A DNA stretch of 25,900 bases, taken from positions 1 through 25,900 of the forward strand of contig JABURU010000121.1 of the NCBI GenBank assembly GCA_014762485.1. The letters are read 5' to 3'. The notes beneath the pieces were generated by a model. That model searched no databases. It saw only the letters and a program-made list of their open reading frames with translations, and was not told the origin of the DNA. The DNA comes from Gammaproteobacteria bacterium (lineage in GTDB: Bacteria > Pseudomonadota > Gammaproteobacteria > Thiohalospirales > Thiohalospiraceae). The position numbers and the translations under genes were made by a program. This document shows, piece after piece, positions 15,838 through 24,347 of the stretch (positions within the stretch are counted from its first letter, which is position 1; every line of letters starts with the position of its first letter).

Positions 15838-16542
15838 ATGAATACACTTAAGACCGTTCAGTTCCATGGACAGGAGCTATTTCTGATAGAGCACAATGGT
15901 GAACCGTATACCCCAATGAAGCCCATTGTTGAAGGGATGGGATTGACTTGGCGCACGCAGCAGCGCAAGTTCGCTCAGAACGATACGCGATGGGGTATGG
16001 TCATGATGACCATACCTTCGGCAGGAGGTGATCAGAAAGCGCTATGCATGCCCCTACGCAAACTACCCGCCTATCTGTCTAGTATTAACCCGAAAAAGGT
16101 TAAGCAGGAGCTAAGACCAAGAATCGAAATGTATCAGGCAGAGTGCGATGATGCGCTATGGCATTACTGGAATGACGGTTATGCCGTAAATCCTCGACAT
16201 TCTCACAATCACCAGGAAACCTATCAACGCCATATCGATGGGTTTGATTTTTTGTTCATAGGAGAGCGCTGGTGGATTCAAGCTGAATCCCTTGTGGATG
16301 TGCTTGGGTTTGTTGATCACTACCGACTTGAGTGGATAGTGATGCGCCTGCTGGAAGATGATCGGTTAAAAATCATTTCTGACTGTCTGACAAGTAGCCG
16401 CGGGATATATTTATCGCTGCCAGCCACGCTGATGATGATGGAGCAGGCGCCTATACGAACGCCTGAGTTAAATGACCGTGTGTTCAAGGCATTTCAACAG
16501 GTTGAATTTGGTGGTGCACAACGGTTGCAGCTTGTTGGATAG
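15838..16542 (+). CDS. ant: Phage antirepressor with P22 Ant N-terminal domain
   Basis: 'TVQFHGQELFLIEHNGEPYTPMKPIVEGMGLTW...LCMPLRKLPAYLSSINPKKVK...YQAECDDALWHYW' is the P22_AR_N pattern. AAGGAG RBS before ATG 15838, so the ORF-track start at 15754 is unlikely. Confidence 0.9.
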   Translation: MNTLKTVQFHGQELFLIEHNGEPYTPMKPIVEGMGLTWRTQQRKFAQNDTRWGMVMMTIPSAGGDQKALCMPLRKLPAYLSSINPKKVKQELRPRIEMYQAECDDALWHYWNDGYAVNPRHSHNHQETYQRHIDGFDFLFIGERWWIQAESLVDVLGFVDHYRLEWIVMRLLEDDRLKIISDCLTSSRGIYLSLPATLMMMEQAPIRTPELNDRVFKAFQQVEFGGAQRLQLVG

Positions 16543-16581
16543 AGCAAGCTGATTAATAAGGATTGCGCAACGTGAGCCTTA

Positions 16582-16605
16582 GCCCGGCGAAAGCCGGGCC
16601 TTTTT
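16582..16605 (+). terminator. Rho-independent terminator between the convergent ant and hicB genes
   Basis: GCCCGGC-GAAA-GCCGGGC-C-TTTTT. Confidence 0.85.
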
Positions 16606-16981
16606 ACTTGATTAATGCGTTTGGGTAGCAGTCGTCGTTTGTGTGGTTGTTTTCTTCCATCTCGTGTGCCAGTGCGCCAAGGATTAAGTCATTCAGGCTA
16701 ATTCCTTTGCTGGCAGCCAGATAGGCCGCCGCTTTGTGCATGCCTACGCCCATTCGCAAGTTGGTTTTGCCGCTAAAGTTTTTATATGGCTCTATGCCTT
16801 TTTCGGCACAGGTTTCCAAATAGACCTTTAGCGATGTGGCAAACTCGCGCTTAAGCTCTTGCGGGGTGGTGCCATAAAAGTCGGCCCCACCAGACAGCCC
16901 GAGGATCTCTCCCCGGAAGGTGTCTATTTCTTCATCGTAACTGATAAGCGCCGTGTGCTTATCTATTTTCATCAAGTTCAT
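16604..16981 (-). CDS. hicB: HicB family antitoxin
   Basis: 'ISYDEEIDTFRGEILGL..GADFYGTTPQELKREF..SLKVYLE.C.EKGIEPYK.FSGKTNLR' is the HicB core plus RHH tail. Confidence 0.92.
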   Translation of the reverse strand: MNLMKIDKHTALISYDEEIDTFRGEILGLSGGADFYGTTPQELKREFATSLKVYLETCAEKGIEPYKNFSGKTNLRMGVGMHKAAAYLAASKGISLNDLILGALAHEMEENNHTNDDCYPNALIK

Positions 16982-17009
16982 GTCTTTATCGTCTATTTAC
17001 TGTATCTAC

Positions 17010-17261
17010 TTACTTTATCTTGTGACTTTGCAGCCAGTCCCGTATTGAGGCTACAGCGCCCTTGTCGGTGGATGGCCCGGGATGAGGGCGGTGAAAAACC
17101 CGTACCTCATCAAACAATGTCACGCTTACGCGAGAACCTTCTCTTTCTTCAATTTCGGCGCCCAGGGCACAGAGCAGTGCTTCTACATCTGGCCATTGGA
17201 CGTTGCCGCTAACAGGTCTTTTATATATCAACTCCAGTGTTTTTTTATATTTTCGCTTCAT
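17010..17261 (-). CDS. hicA: HicA family mRNA interferase toxin
   Basis: From ATG 17261: 'MKRKYKKTLELIY..PVSGNVQWPDVEALL..LGAEIEEREGSRV...FHRPHPGPSTDKGAV' with the conserved HRPHP. Confidence 0.92.
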   Translation of the reverse strand: MKRKYKKTLELIYKRPVSGNVQWPDVEALLCALGAEIEEREGSRVSVTLFDEVRVFHRPHPGPSTDKGAVASIRDWLQSHKIK

Positions 17262-17267
17262 GTATAG

Positions 17268-17295
17268 ATAGTACCACAAAGTGGTACTAAGTCAA
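17268..17295 (-). promoter_or_regulatory. hicAB promoter with palindromic operator
   Basis: Minus strand TTGACT (17295-90), 16 nt, TACTAT (17273-68). A perfect palindrome TAGTACCAC-AAA-GTGGTACTA (17269-89) covers the spacer. Confidence 0.78.
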
Positions 17296-17299
17296 GCAG

Positions 17300-17342
17300 T
17301 GAAGCGTTTCGGACGACCTCGACTTTTCTGTTTGGTATTACC
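17300..17342 (+). promoter_or_regulatory. Late-promoter box copy 3 (TGAAGCGTTTCGGACGAC) plus -10-like TATTAC at 17336
   Basis: 17/18 identical to copy 2. Directly upstream of the tape measure gene. Confidence 0.78.
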
Positions 17343-17372
17343 TGATTGATCCATTCAATCAGGTGATCCGCT

Positions 17373-19268
17373 ATGGGAAATTCCGTTGAAACCTTAACTA
17401 TTCGCTTTGAGACCGACAACGCCGGCAAGGTAAAGGCCAGTGTGGTTGGGCTTGAAAATGGCATAGAAAAAATCGACGACAAAACCAAGAAGGCCGCTGG
17501 CTCGATGAACCTGCTTAAAACAGCGATTGCGGCGGTGGGTTCGGCGGCGGCAGTGGGTTACGTAGTACAAACGGCCAGTGCCTATGAAACACTGAATGCC
17601 AGATTGATTACGGCGACAGGCTCGCAAGAGGCGGCGAACTCGACCTTTGAATATTTGCGCAACCTGGCGGCTGGCATGCCTGCGCAAGTGGAAGAGCTCA
17701 CCGATGCTTATATTAAGCTCGCCAACCTGGGGCTGGAGCCTAGTCGGCAGGCTTTGATTAGTTACGGCAACACCGCCGCTGCACAGGGTAAGGAATTAAA
17801 CCAGCTTATCGAGGCAGTGGCCGATGCGGCCACGGGTGAATTTGAACGATTAAAAGAATTCGGTATTAAAACGCGTGTGGAAGGCGACCGGGTTAAGTTT
17901 ATATTCCAGGGCATGACCACTGAGGTAGCCAACAGTAGTCAGGCAATACAGGATTATTTAATTAATATCGGCAACACCGAGTATGCCGGGGCGATGGATT
18001 TGCAAAACAATACGCTCAAGTCCTCGTTTGCTGATCTTGCCGACACGATTTCTACCGCGACCGCCAAGCTGGCCGAAGAAACCGGGTTCACTCAAGCGCT
18101 GAAAGATGCCGCACGCGGCACGGCAGAGGCTATTCGTTACCTTACCAATACTGAGACGATCGTCGATGTTACCAACCAGATGAAGGATTTAAACACATCT
18201 TTGGTGGAATATCAGCTCAAGCTTAACAAGGCGCGGGAAGAGGGGAATCGCAGCCAGGTGAGCCATTATCAGTTCATGATCACAAACACGACCAGCGAGC
18301 TGCAGGGGCTGAGCTTGCGTTATCAACACCTGACCAAACTGGAAGAGCAGTATAAAAAAACAAACAATGCTCGCGACGGCGGCGGTGATGGTGGCAAGGC
18401 ACAGCTTGATAAAGAGCTGCAAACGTATCAGAACAATTTGCGCAAGAAATATGACGCCCTGCAGCGCAGTTTGATGGATGAGATTGCTCTGATCAAATAC
18501 AACGAGTTGGAAAAGCTGTGGATTGTAGAGCAGATGGCCGAGCTGGATGCGAACAATACGCAAAAGTATGCCGACTTGCGCGTGGCCATAGAGAAAGAAG
18601 CGGCAGAAAAGATCGCGAAAATATATAAGCAAATGCATGATGAAAATAAAAAAGCATCAGACGATGCATTTGCAAGCCTGCAAACAAAAATTCAGCAGGG
18701 CCTTGGTATCGTCGCAGGTGCCTTTGGCACCTATGGCTCGGCGATGTTTACCGCCGCGCAGAATAACGCCGATGCGTTGGATGCGCTTGCCGATGCCGCC
18801 GAGGCCAATGGCAGTGCCAATGCTGGTGCATTGCGCGCCCAGGCCGAAGCCGCCGAACAGGCCGCGCGCCGCGCTTTTGAACAAAACAAGCGATTGCAAA
18901 AAGCCAATGTAGTGATTAACACGGCCGGCGCAATTATGGGTGCCTGGAATACATACAAAGGCAATGCGGTAGCGGCTGGGGTGGCTACTGCGCTGATCGC
19001 TGCTGCTGGCGCAGCCCAGCTTAAGGCCATCGACTCGGCTAGTTATGGCGGCTCTGGCAGTATTCCTGCCCCAGCTGGTGGGTATTCTCCTGGTAATCCT
19101 GGTGGCACGGATTCTTATATTCCCGGTAATGATTCGGGTGCAGGTGGTACCACCGTGGTGTTTGAGATCGACACCGTGTATGGCATGGATGACTGGGACA
19201 ATAAGTTTGAAGAGACGGCCGGCCGATTGCAGGATCTTGATCGATTAAATATCAGTGAGGCCGCCTGA
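17373..19268 (+). CDS. Tail tape measure protein
   Basis: N-terminal tape-measure domain 'YETLNARLITATGS...ELTDAYIKL...AQGKELNQLIEAVADAATGEFERLKEFGI', long Ala-rich helices, C-terminal 'AGAAQLKAI'. Confidence 0.93.
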   Translation: MGNSVETLTIRFETDNAGKVKASVVGLENGIEKIDDKTKKAAGSMNLLKTAIAAVGSAAAVGYVVQTASAYETLNARLITATGSQEAANSTFEYLRNLAAGMPAQVEELTDAYIKLANLGLEPSRQALISYGNTAAAQGKELNQLIEAVADAATGEFERLKEFGIKTRVEGDRVKFIFQGMTTEVANSSQAIQDYLINIGNTEYAGAMDLQNNTLKSSFADLADTISTATAKLAEETGFTQALKDAARGTAEAIRYLTNTETIVDVTNQMKDLNTSLVEYQLKLNKAREEGNRSQVSHYQFMITNTTSELQGLSLRYQHLTKLEEQYKKTNNARDGGGDGGKAQLDKELQTYQNNLRKKYDALQRSLMDEIALIKYNELEKLWIVEQMAELDANNTQKYADLRVAIEKEAAEKIAKIYKQMHDENKKASDDAFASLQTKIQQGLGIVAGAFGTYGSAMFTAAQNNADALDALADAAEANGSANAGALRAQAEAAEQAARRAFEQNKRLQKANVVINTAGAIMGAWNTYKGNAVAAGVATALIAAAGAAQLKAIDSASYGGSGSIPAPAGGYSPGNPGGTDSYIPGNDSGAGGTTVVFEIDTVYGMDDWDNKFEETAGRLQDLDRLNISEAA

Positions 19269-19903
19269 TGCCTCGCTTTATCTATACCGCAAAAGAATCC
19301 ATCGTGAGCAACGGGCTGGTGGTATCCGGCTCAGATATCAGCGCGGACTCTGTGACCAATTCATTTAAAAGCACTACCTCAGATTTATCTGGCTGGCTGG
19401 CCAATGAATGGATTTATGTGGATGTGGGGGTGAATCCTGGCTGGCATCAGGTGAGTGTGGATAGTACCACTAATGAGATTAAAACCACGAGCACATTGAC
19501 CAACGAAGCCGCGGGTGCGTTGACCACGATCACTGGGTACGAGCATGGCCTGGGTGAGCAGTACGAAATTGAATTTGATTGTGCGGTATCTGATCGCAAG
19601 CGCCAGCGCGTGGGCAAAACATCCACATCAAAGAGTGGGCGCAAGCAGTATGCCCGCCAACGCATCGAACGACGCTTTATGGTGGACGTGGTCGCCATCG
19701 CCGAAGACAACCTGAAATATTGGGACGAGTTTATCGACTCGGTAATGGGCATGGAGACGTTTGAGTTTGATCGCGTCGGCACCATTGCCATACCAGGCAC
19801 GACCGAAATCGTGCAACTTGAAAGTGATGACGTTTCCGAGATTCGCCGAGGCATGAGCGACGAGTTTAACCTGCCTCAGTTGTCGTTATATAAGGCGGTG
19901 TAA
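19268..19903 (+). CDS. Distal tail (Dit-like) protein with an inserted beta domain
   Basis: Immediately follows the TMP (TGATG overlap). 'WDEFIDSVMGMETFEFD..GTIAIP' is a pattern seen in proteins at this position. Confidence 0.6.
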   Translation: MPRFIYTAKESIVSNGLVVSGSDISADSVTNSFKSTTSDLSGWLANEWIYVDVGVNPGWHQVSVDSTTNEIKTTSTLTNEAAGALTTITGYEHGLGEQYEIEFDCAVSDRKRQRVGKTSTSKSGRKQYARQRIERRFMVDVVAIAEDNLKYWDEFIDSVMGMETFEFDRVGTIAIPGTTEIVQLESDDVSEIRRGMSDEFNLPQLSLYKAV

Positions 19904-22900
19904 TGTTAGCGTATAGCGAAAATTACATGAATGCGTTGGCCGAGGATGGGCAGGACATCCGCGAGGTGGTTCGCATTGCCTTTGATGCGGCGGGCACGGA
20001 TGTGATCTACATCACCAGCCATGCGGATATTGATCTGCCTGTCGGCGCGGTGCGCTTTGATGATTGCCTGGTAAGCTCTTCGGCGGTGTCGCAACGTATT
20101 GATCCGGTAAAAGGCACGGCGGGTATCGGCCACTTTAAATTTGTCGCACAGAACTATGCGGATGAGCTGGCCGCCAAGTTTGCTGAGAAGGATGCCGCCG
20201 GCATCGGCATGCGTAACCTGCAGGTAAGTTACTGGTGGATGCCAACTCCACTGGCCTGGGATGATATAAAAGACACGCCGACGACCTCGCAGCTGCTGCA
20301 TAAATACGGCACGGATGAGCTGGACTTTGGGATTGATTGTCGCGATGTGCAGCGCATCGAAAAGGGTCAGAAAATATTTCGACTGAATCGCACTAAGCTG
20401 CGCGCATCGGTCTCGGCGTCGGCGACCAAGATACCGGTGGACGTCGCCGATATCTTTGAACTGATGTACCACGGCCCCAGCTTTAGTGATGCCCCCGGCA
20501 AGAGTGTTTTTTATGTTGAGATAGAGAAAGAGCGGATCCGCTGCACCGGCTGGGAGGTGGATGCCACGCTCGGCCTGGTGCTGCTGGTGGATACCAATGG
20601 CCGCGGTGTGTTGAACACCCGCGCCGCTGAACACAACATCGATGCCACGACAACCAGTGATGCCCGCCCGGATGTGGCCGAGGTGGTGTACCTCGAGATG
20701 CCGGTGATCGAATTAATCTATGGTCTCATGACCGGGGTGTATTACAGCCAGGCGGGCAAGACCTTCCCCAGTGGCTGGCATTGTGGCGTGCCGGTGTCGC
20801 TGGTGGCCACGGCAGACTTTTTACGCTTTCCCGATCTGTATGATCCGGCGAACCCGGGCGCGAATCCTCAAACTCGCGCGTTTGTATTAGGGCGTGAGAA
20901 TGAGGATGCAAAGAAATACATCGAACAAACTTTGTCGGTTACTCAGGGGTTGTACCGCCCGGTGTATGGCACTGGCGAGATGGGTCTGAAACGTATTGCC
21001 AACATCGGCAAAGATGCCGCTCACGTTGCCGTGCTGGATGACACCAATATTATTAGCTGCAGCCAGCTTCAGTATTTAACCGACGACATCGTTAACCGCT
21101 TTGAGATCAACTGGAACCCATCAGCCCTGACCGGCAAGACCACGCGCAAGACGGTGTTTAAAGATACGGCCTCGATATTAAAGCACGGTGAGTCGACGCG
21201 TGTCTTAAACATCCCTGAGTTTCGTGGCTCGATTCATGCGTTTGATACCTTGAAGTTTCTGGCCGACAGCGTACGCCAGCGCTCAGCGGGTGAGCCGTTA
21301 AGTTTAACCGTGACGTGTTTGCCGATGATGAGTTACTTGAACAACGGCGACGTGGTGCGCGTGCAGCAGGATGTGATCGATCATAAGGGCGCCAGCCTGC
21401 GCCTGGACCGCGCCTTTGAGATACAAGAAAAGAGCATTGTTCCTGACACCGGGCAGCCCACGTTCTTATTAGCTGGTGCGTCTGAGCCAGCCGCGCCTAT
21501 ACCCGACCACGAAGATATCACGGTGCTGAATGATTCCGAGTACGAGATCGGCACCGACATCACCACCTTTGCCAATGTCAGTGTGGTGGCCGGGGTGGCC
21601 TATCTGGTAGGCGATATCACCCTTACTGGTGCCAGCACTATTGCTGATACTGCAGGCCACTATTACTGCACTTATCCTTTGGCTGAGTCTGGTGGCCCCC
21701 ATACCATCACGTTCACAGAGAATGCCGTGATTAAAGTCCGGGGCGGTATCTCGTTGCCAACGACCCGCTTTGATGGCGTGGGGCGCAGTACGCGACCCGC
21801 AGGCGGCCCAATAGGGGCATCACGCTCGGGCGGTGGCTTTGTATACGAGGAGAAGCTGGGCGACAAAGATTACCATTCGTATCCTGGCAATATCGTAGAA
21901 GGTGGCGACGGCGCGCTGCCGTTTGTGAATATCACTAACGATAACGGTACCCTGGTGTTGCCAGCCCTTGACCTGCGAGGCGGCCAGGGGGCGGCCGGTG
22001 CAAACAGTAAACGAGAGACCATATTCAACAAAACCACTACAGTGGCCACCGGCGGCGCACCGGTAAATGGCGGCGCATCAATCACCTTTATTCACCGTGG
22101 AATGGATAGCCTGGTCAGCGGGTACATAGATACCTCTGGCGCTGATGGCGCTTATGGCACGGTATGGGATAACAAGGTGGCCGCGGGTACCAGTGGCGGC
22201 GGCCTGCCTGGTTGCGTGCTTGAGATCGTCGATGGCGCGGCCAGTAATATGGCCGAGTGGAACGAAAACGTTCTGATCGCCAAGACAGGCGATTGCCCAG
22301 TGCCTCCTGGTGCCAGGTCATTTCCGGTGCTGAATGCAGACAGCCGGGTTGGTATTGGCTACAGCTATTACACGCACCACAACCAGCACGCCCCAGGCGA
22401 GGCGCCTGTGAATCATGGCATCGCGGCTTTATGCCAGCAGTACGTGATGCCCGCGACTCAAGCAGAGGAAGATGTTAGCGAAAGTATTATTTCCCCGCCC
22501 ACTGGCGTTACTGCATCCAGTGGCACCGCTGATCTGTTAATAAAGCAAGACGGCACCATCGAGAGCCGGGTGCGTGTGACATATATCAATCCAACACACC
22601 CGTATTTTGTCGGCAACCGTATAGAGTTTAGAAGAAAAGGGGATACAGACTGGATCTCTGTCTCATCATTTACCGCTATTGATTCAACCGAGTATTTCCT
22701 CACCGGATTAAAAGAAGGTGAAATATACGAGATCAGAATGCGGTCTAACCTGCGTAGCGGTGAATACAGTGTGTGGACCAGTACGATAGAGCACACTGTT
22801 ATTGGTAAACTCGCTCCACCAGAAGATGTCGCCTCCATTACCCATGTATTCAGCCCGGCCAATAGTTACTTTGAATGGCCTGCTGTCTCCGACCCTGATC

Positions 22901-24345
22901 GCAAAGGCTATTACATCCGCTTTGGCACCGACTGGGCTACGGCCACCGATGAGATATACACCGAAAGCACCAAGATCCCAGTGCCACCACTGGCAGCTGG
23001 CCCGCATACGGCACTCATCAAAGCGGTGGACAACAGCGGCAACCTATCGACCAACGCCGCCAGCGTGGCCTTTACGGTTAACGTGCCCACCATTGCCAAT
23101 GTGGCTTATCGCTTCGATGGTGGCGATGTTGTTATCTCATGGGATGCTTCGACCAGCAGTTATGGTATTGATTACTGCACTATATACGACACGGCCAAGG
23201 CCGCTGAAAACAATCTGGCCTCCCCAGACACCAACGAATACCGCCGCAAGGTAGACTGGGGCGGTAATAAAACCTTTGTGATCACCGGTACCGATATAGC
23301 CAACAACGAATCATCTGGCCAGCCCATATTGGTCACGGTCGTCGCACCGTCTCAGCCGCAAGTCACGCCCCAGGTAATAGACAACAATGTACTGTTCCGC
23401 TGGAACGATTGCACCCAGTCGCTGCCAGTCGAACTCTATGAGATTCGCAAGGGCTCGGTATTTGCCACCGCCGAGGTGATAGGCAGCGTGTCTGGCACCT
23501 TCGACGTGATTAACGAAGTCGCTAGCGGTGAGTATGTTTTCTGGTTTGCTGGCAAAGACGTGGCCAAAAACTACGGCACCGAACAACAGCTAACAGTAAA
23601 CGTCGACGAGCCACCGGACTATGTACTCAAACAACTATGGGAAAGCAATTTAACCGGCACGCTCACCAACGCCATCAGTGACGATGGTCTCGTCATTATC
23701 CCAGCGAACACGACCGAAACCTACGCCAACCACTTCGACACACGCGCATGGGCCACCTTTAATGATAAGGCCGCCGCCGGTTATGACTACTGGGCGCAAC
23801 CCGTCCCCAACAGTGGTGTGTATGAAGAGATATTTGATTACGGCGCGGTGCTGCCTGGTGTATTGATTAACGTCACGGCCACGTATGAAGCCATAGGCAA
23901 CGGCACCATTACTCCCACGATCTCAGTCAGAGAGACCGCCGTTGATCCCTGGCTCGACATCACGCCAGGTCAGTGGTCTGTCTATGGCCTCAACTTTCGT
24001 TATGTCAAAGTGCGGTTGGATGTCGACACCGACACCGGGGGCACACCGGCCAACTATGCGTTTTATAAACTCAGCGCGCTGACTGTGCGGCTGGATGTGA
24101 AAAACAAAACTGACCAGTTAACCGGTACCGCCAACGCCGCCGATCCAAGTGGCACCTGGATAGCCTTCAACAAACAATTCATTGACGTAGACAGCATCGC
24201 CTTAGGCATACAAAGCACCGACGAAGTGAAGTACGCCTATGACTTTACGGACGCGCCCTATCCAACAGGGCTGTATGTCTATGTATGGGATTCAACCGGC
24301 GCACGCGCAACCCGCGACTTTAGCGCCGTCGTGAGAGGAGTATAA
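19903..24345 (+). CDS. Tail tip / host-specificity protein (hub plus FN3-like repeats)
   Basis: 1480 aa after the Dit-like gene. FN3-like segments 'PPTGVTASSG...YEIRMRS...SVWT', 'PPEDVAS', 'APSQPQVTPQVIDNNVLFRW'. Gly-rich middle region. Confidence 0.82.
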   Translation: MLAYSENYMNALAEDGQDIREVVRIAFDAAGTDVIYITSHADIDLPVGAVRFDDCLVSSSAVSQRIDPVKGTAGIGHFKFVAQNYADELAAKFAEKDAAGIGMRNLQVSYWWMPTPLAWDDIKDTPTTSQLLHKYGTDELDFGIDCRDVQRIEKGQKIFRLNRTKLRASVSASATKIPVDVADIFELMYHGPSFSDAPGKSVFYVEIEKERIRCTGWEVDATLGLVLLVDTNGRGVLNTRAAEHNIDATTTSDARPDVAEVVYLEMPVIELIYGLMTGVYYSQAGKTFPSGWHCGVPVSLVATADFLRFPDLYDPANPGANPQTRAFVLGRENEDAKKYIEQTLSVTQGLYRPVYGTGEMGLKRIANIGKDAAHVAVLDDTNIISCSQLQYLTDDIVNRFEINWNPSALTGKTTRKTVFKDTASILKHGESTRVLNIPEFRGSIHAFDTLKFLADSVRQRSAGEPLSLTVTCLPMMSYLNNGDVVRVQQDVIDHKGASLRLDRAFEIQEKSIVPDTGQPTFLLAGASEPAAPIPDHEDITVLNDSEYEIGTDITTFANVSVVAGVAYLVGDITLTGASTIADTAGHYYCTYPLAESGGPHTITFTENAVIKVRGGISLPTTRFDGVGRSTRPAGGPIGASRSGGGFVYEEKLGDKDYHSYPGNIVEGGDGALPFVNITNDNGTLVLPALDLRGGQGAAGANSKRETIFNKTTTVATGGAPVNGGASITFIHRGMDSLVSGYIDTSGADGAYGTVWDNKVAAGTSGGGLPGCVLEIVDGAASNMAEWNENVLIAKTGDCPVPPGARSFPVLNADSRVGIGYSYYTHHNQHAPGEAPVNHGIAALCQQYVMPATQAEEDVSESIISPPTGVTASSGTADLLIKQDGTIESRVRVTYINPTHPYFVGNRIEFRRKGDTDWISVSSFTAIDSTEYFLTGLKEGEIYEIRMRSNLRSGEYSVWTSTIEHTVIGKLAPPEDVASITHVFSPANSYFEWPAVSDPDRKGYYIRFGTDWATATDEIYTESTKIPVPPLAAGPHTALIKAVDNSGNLSTNAASVAFTVNVPTIANVAYRFDGGDVVISWDASTSSYGIDYCTIYDTAKAAENNLASPDTNEYRRKVDWGGNKTFVITGTDIANNESSGQPILVTVVAPSQPQVTPQVIDNNVLFRWNDCTQSLPVELYEIRKGSVFATAEVIGSVSGTFDVINEVASGEYVFWFAGKDVAKNYGTEQQLTVNVDEPPDYVLKQLWESNLTGTLTNAISDDGLVIIPANTTETYANHFDTRAWATFNDKAAAGYDYWAQPVPNSGVYEEIFDYGAVLPGVLINVTATYEAIGNGTITPTISVRETAVDPWLDITPGQWSVYGLNFRYVKVRLDVDTDTGGTPANYAFYKLSALTVRLDVKNKTDQLTGTANAADPSGTWIAFNKQFIDVDSIALGIQSTDEVKYAYDFTDAPYPTGLYVYVWDSTGARATRDFSAVVRGV

Positions 24346-24347
24346 CG

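Noticed and set aside
19906-20634. 242-aa minus-strand ORF
   Set aside because: Antisense shadow of the tail tip gene.
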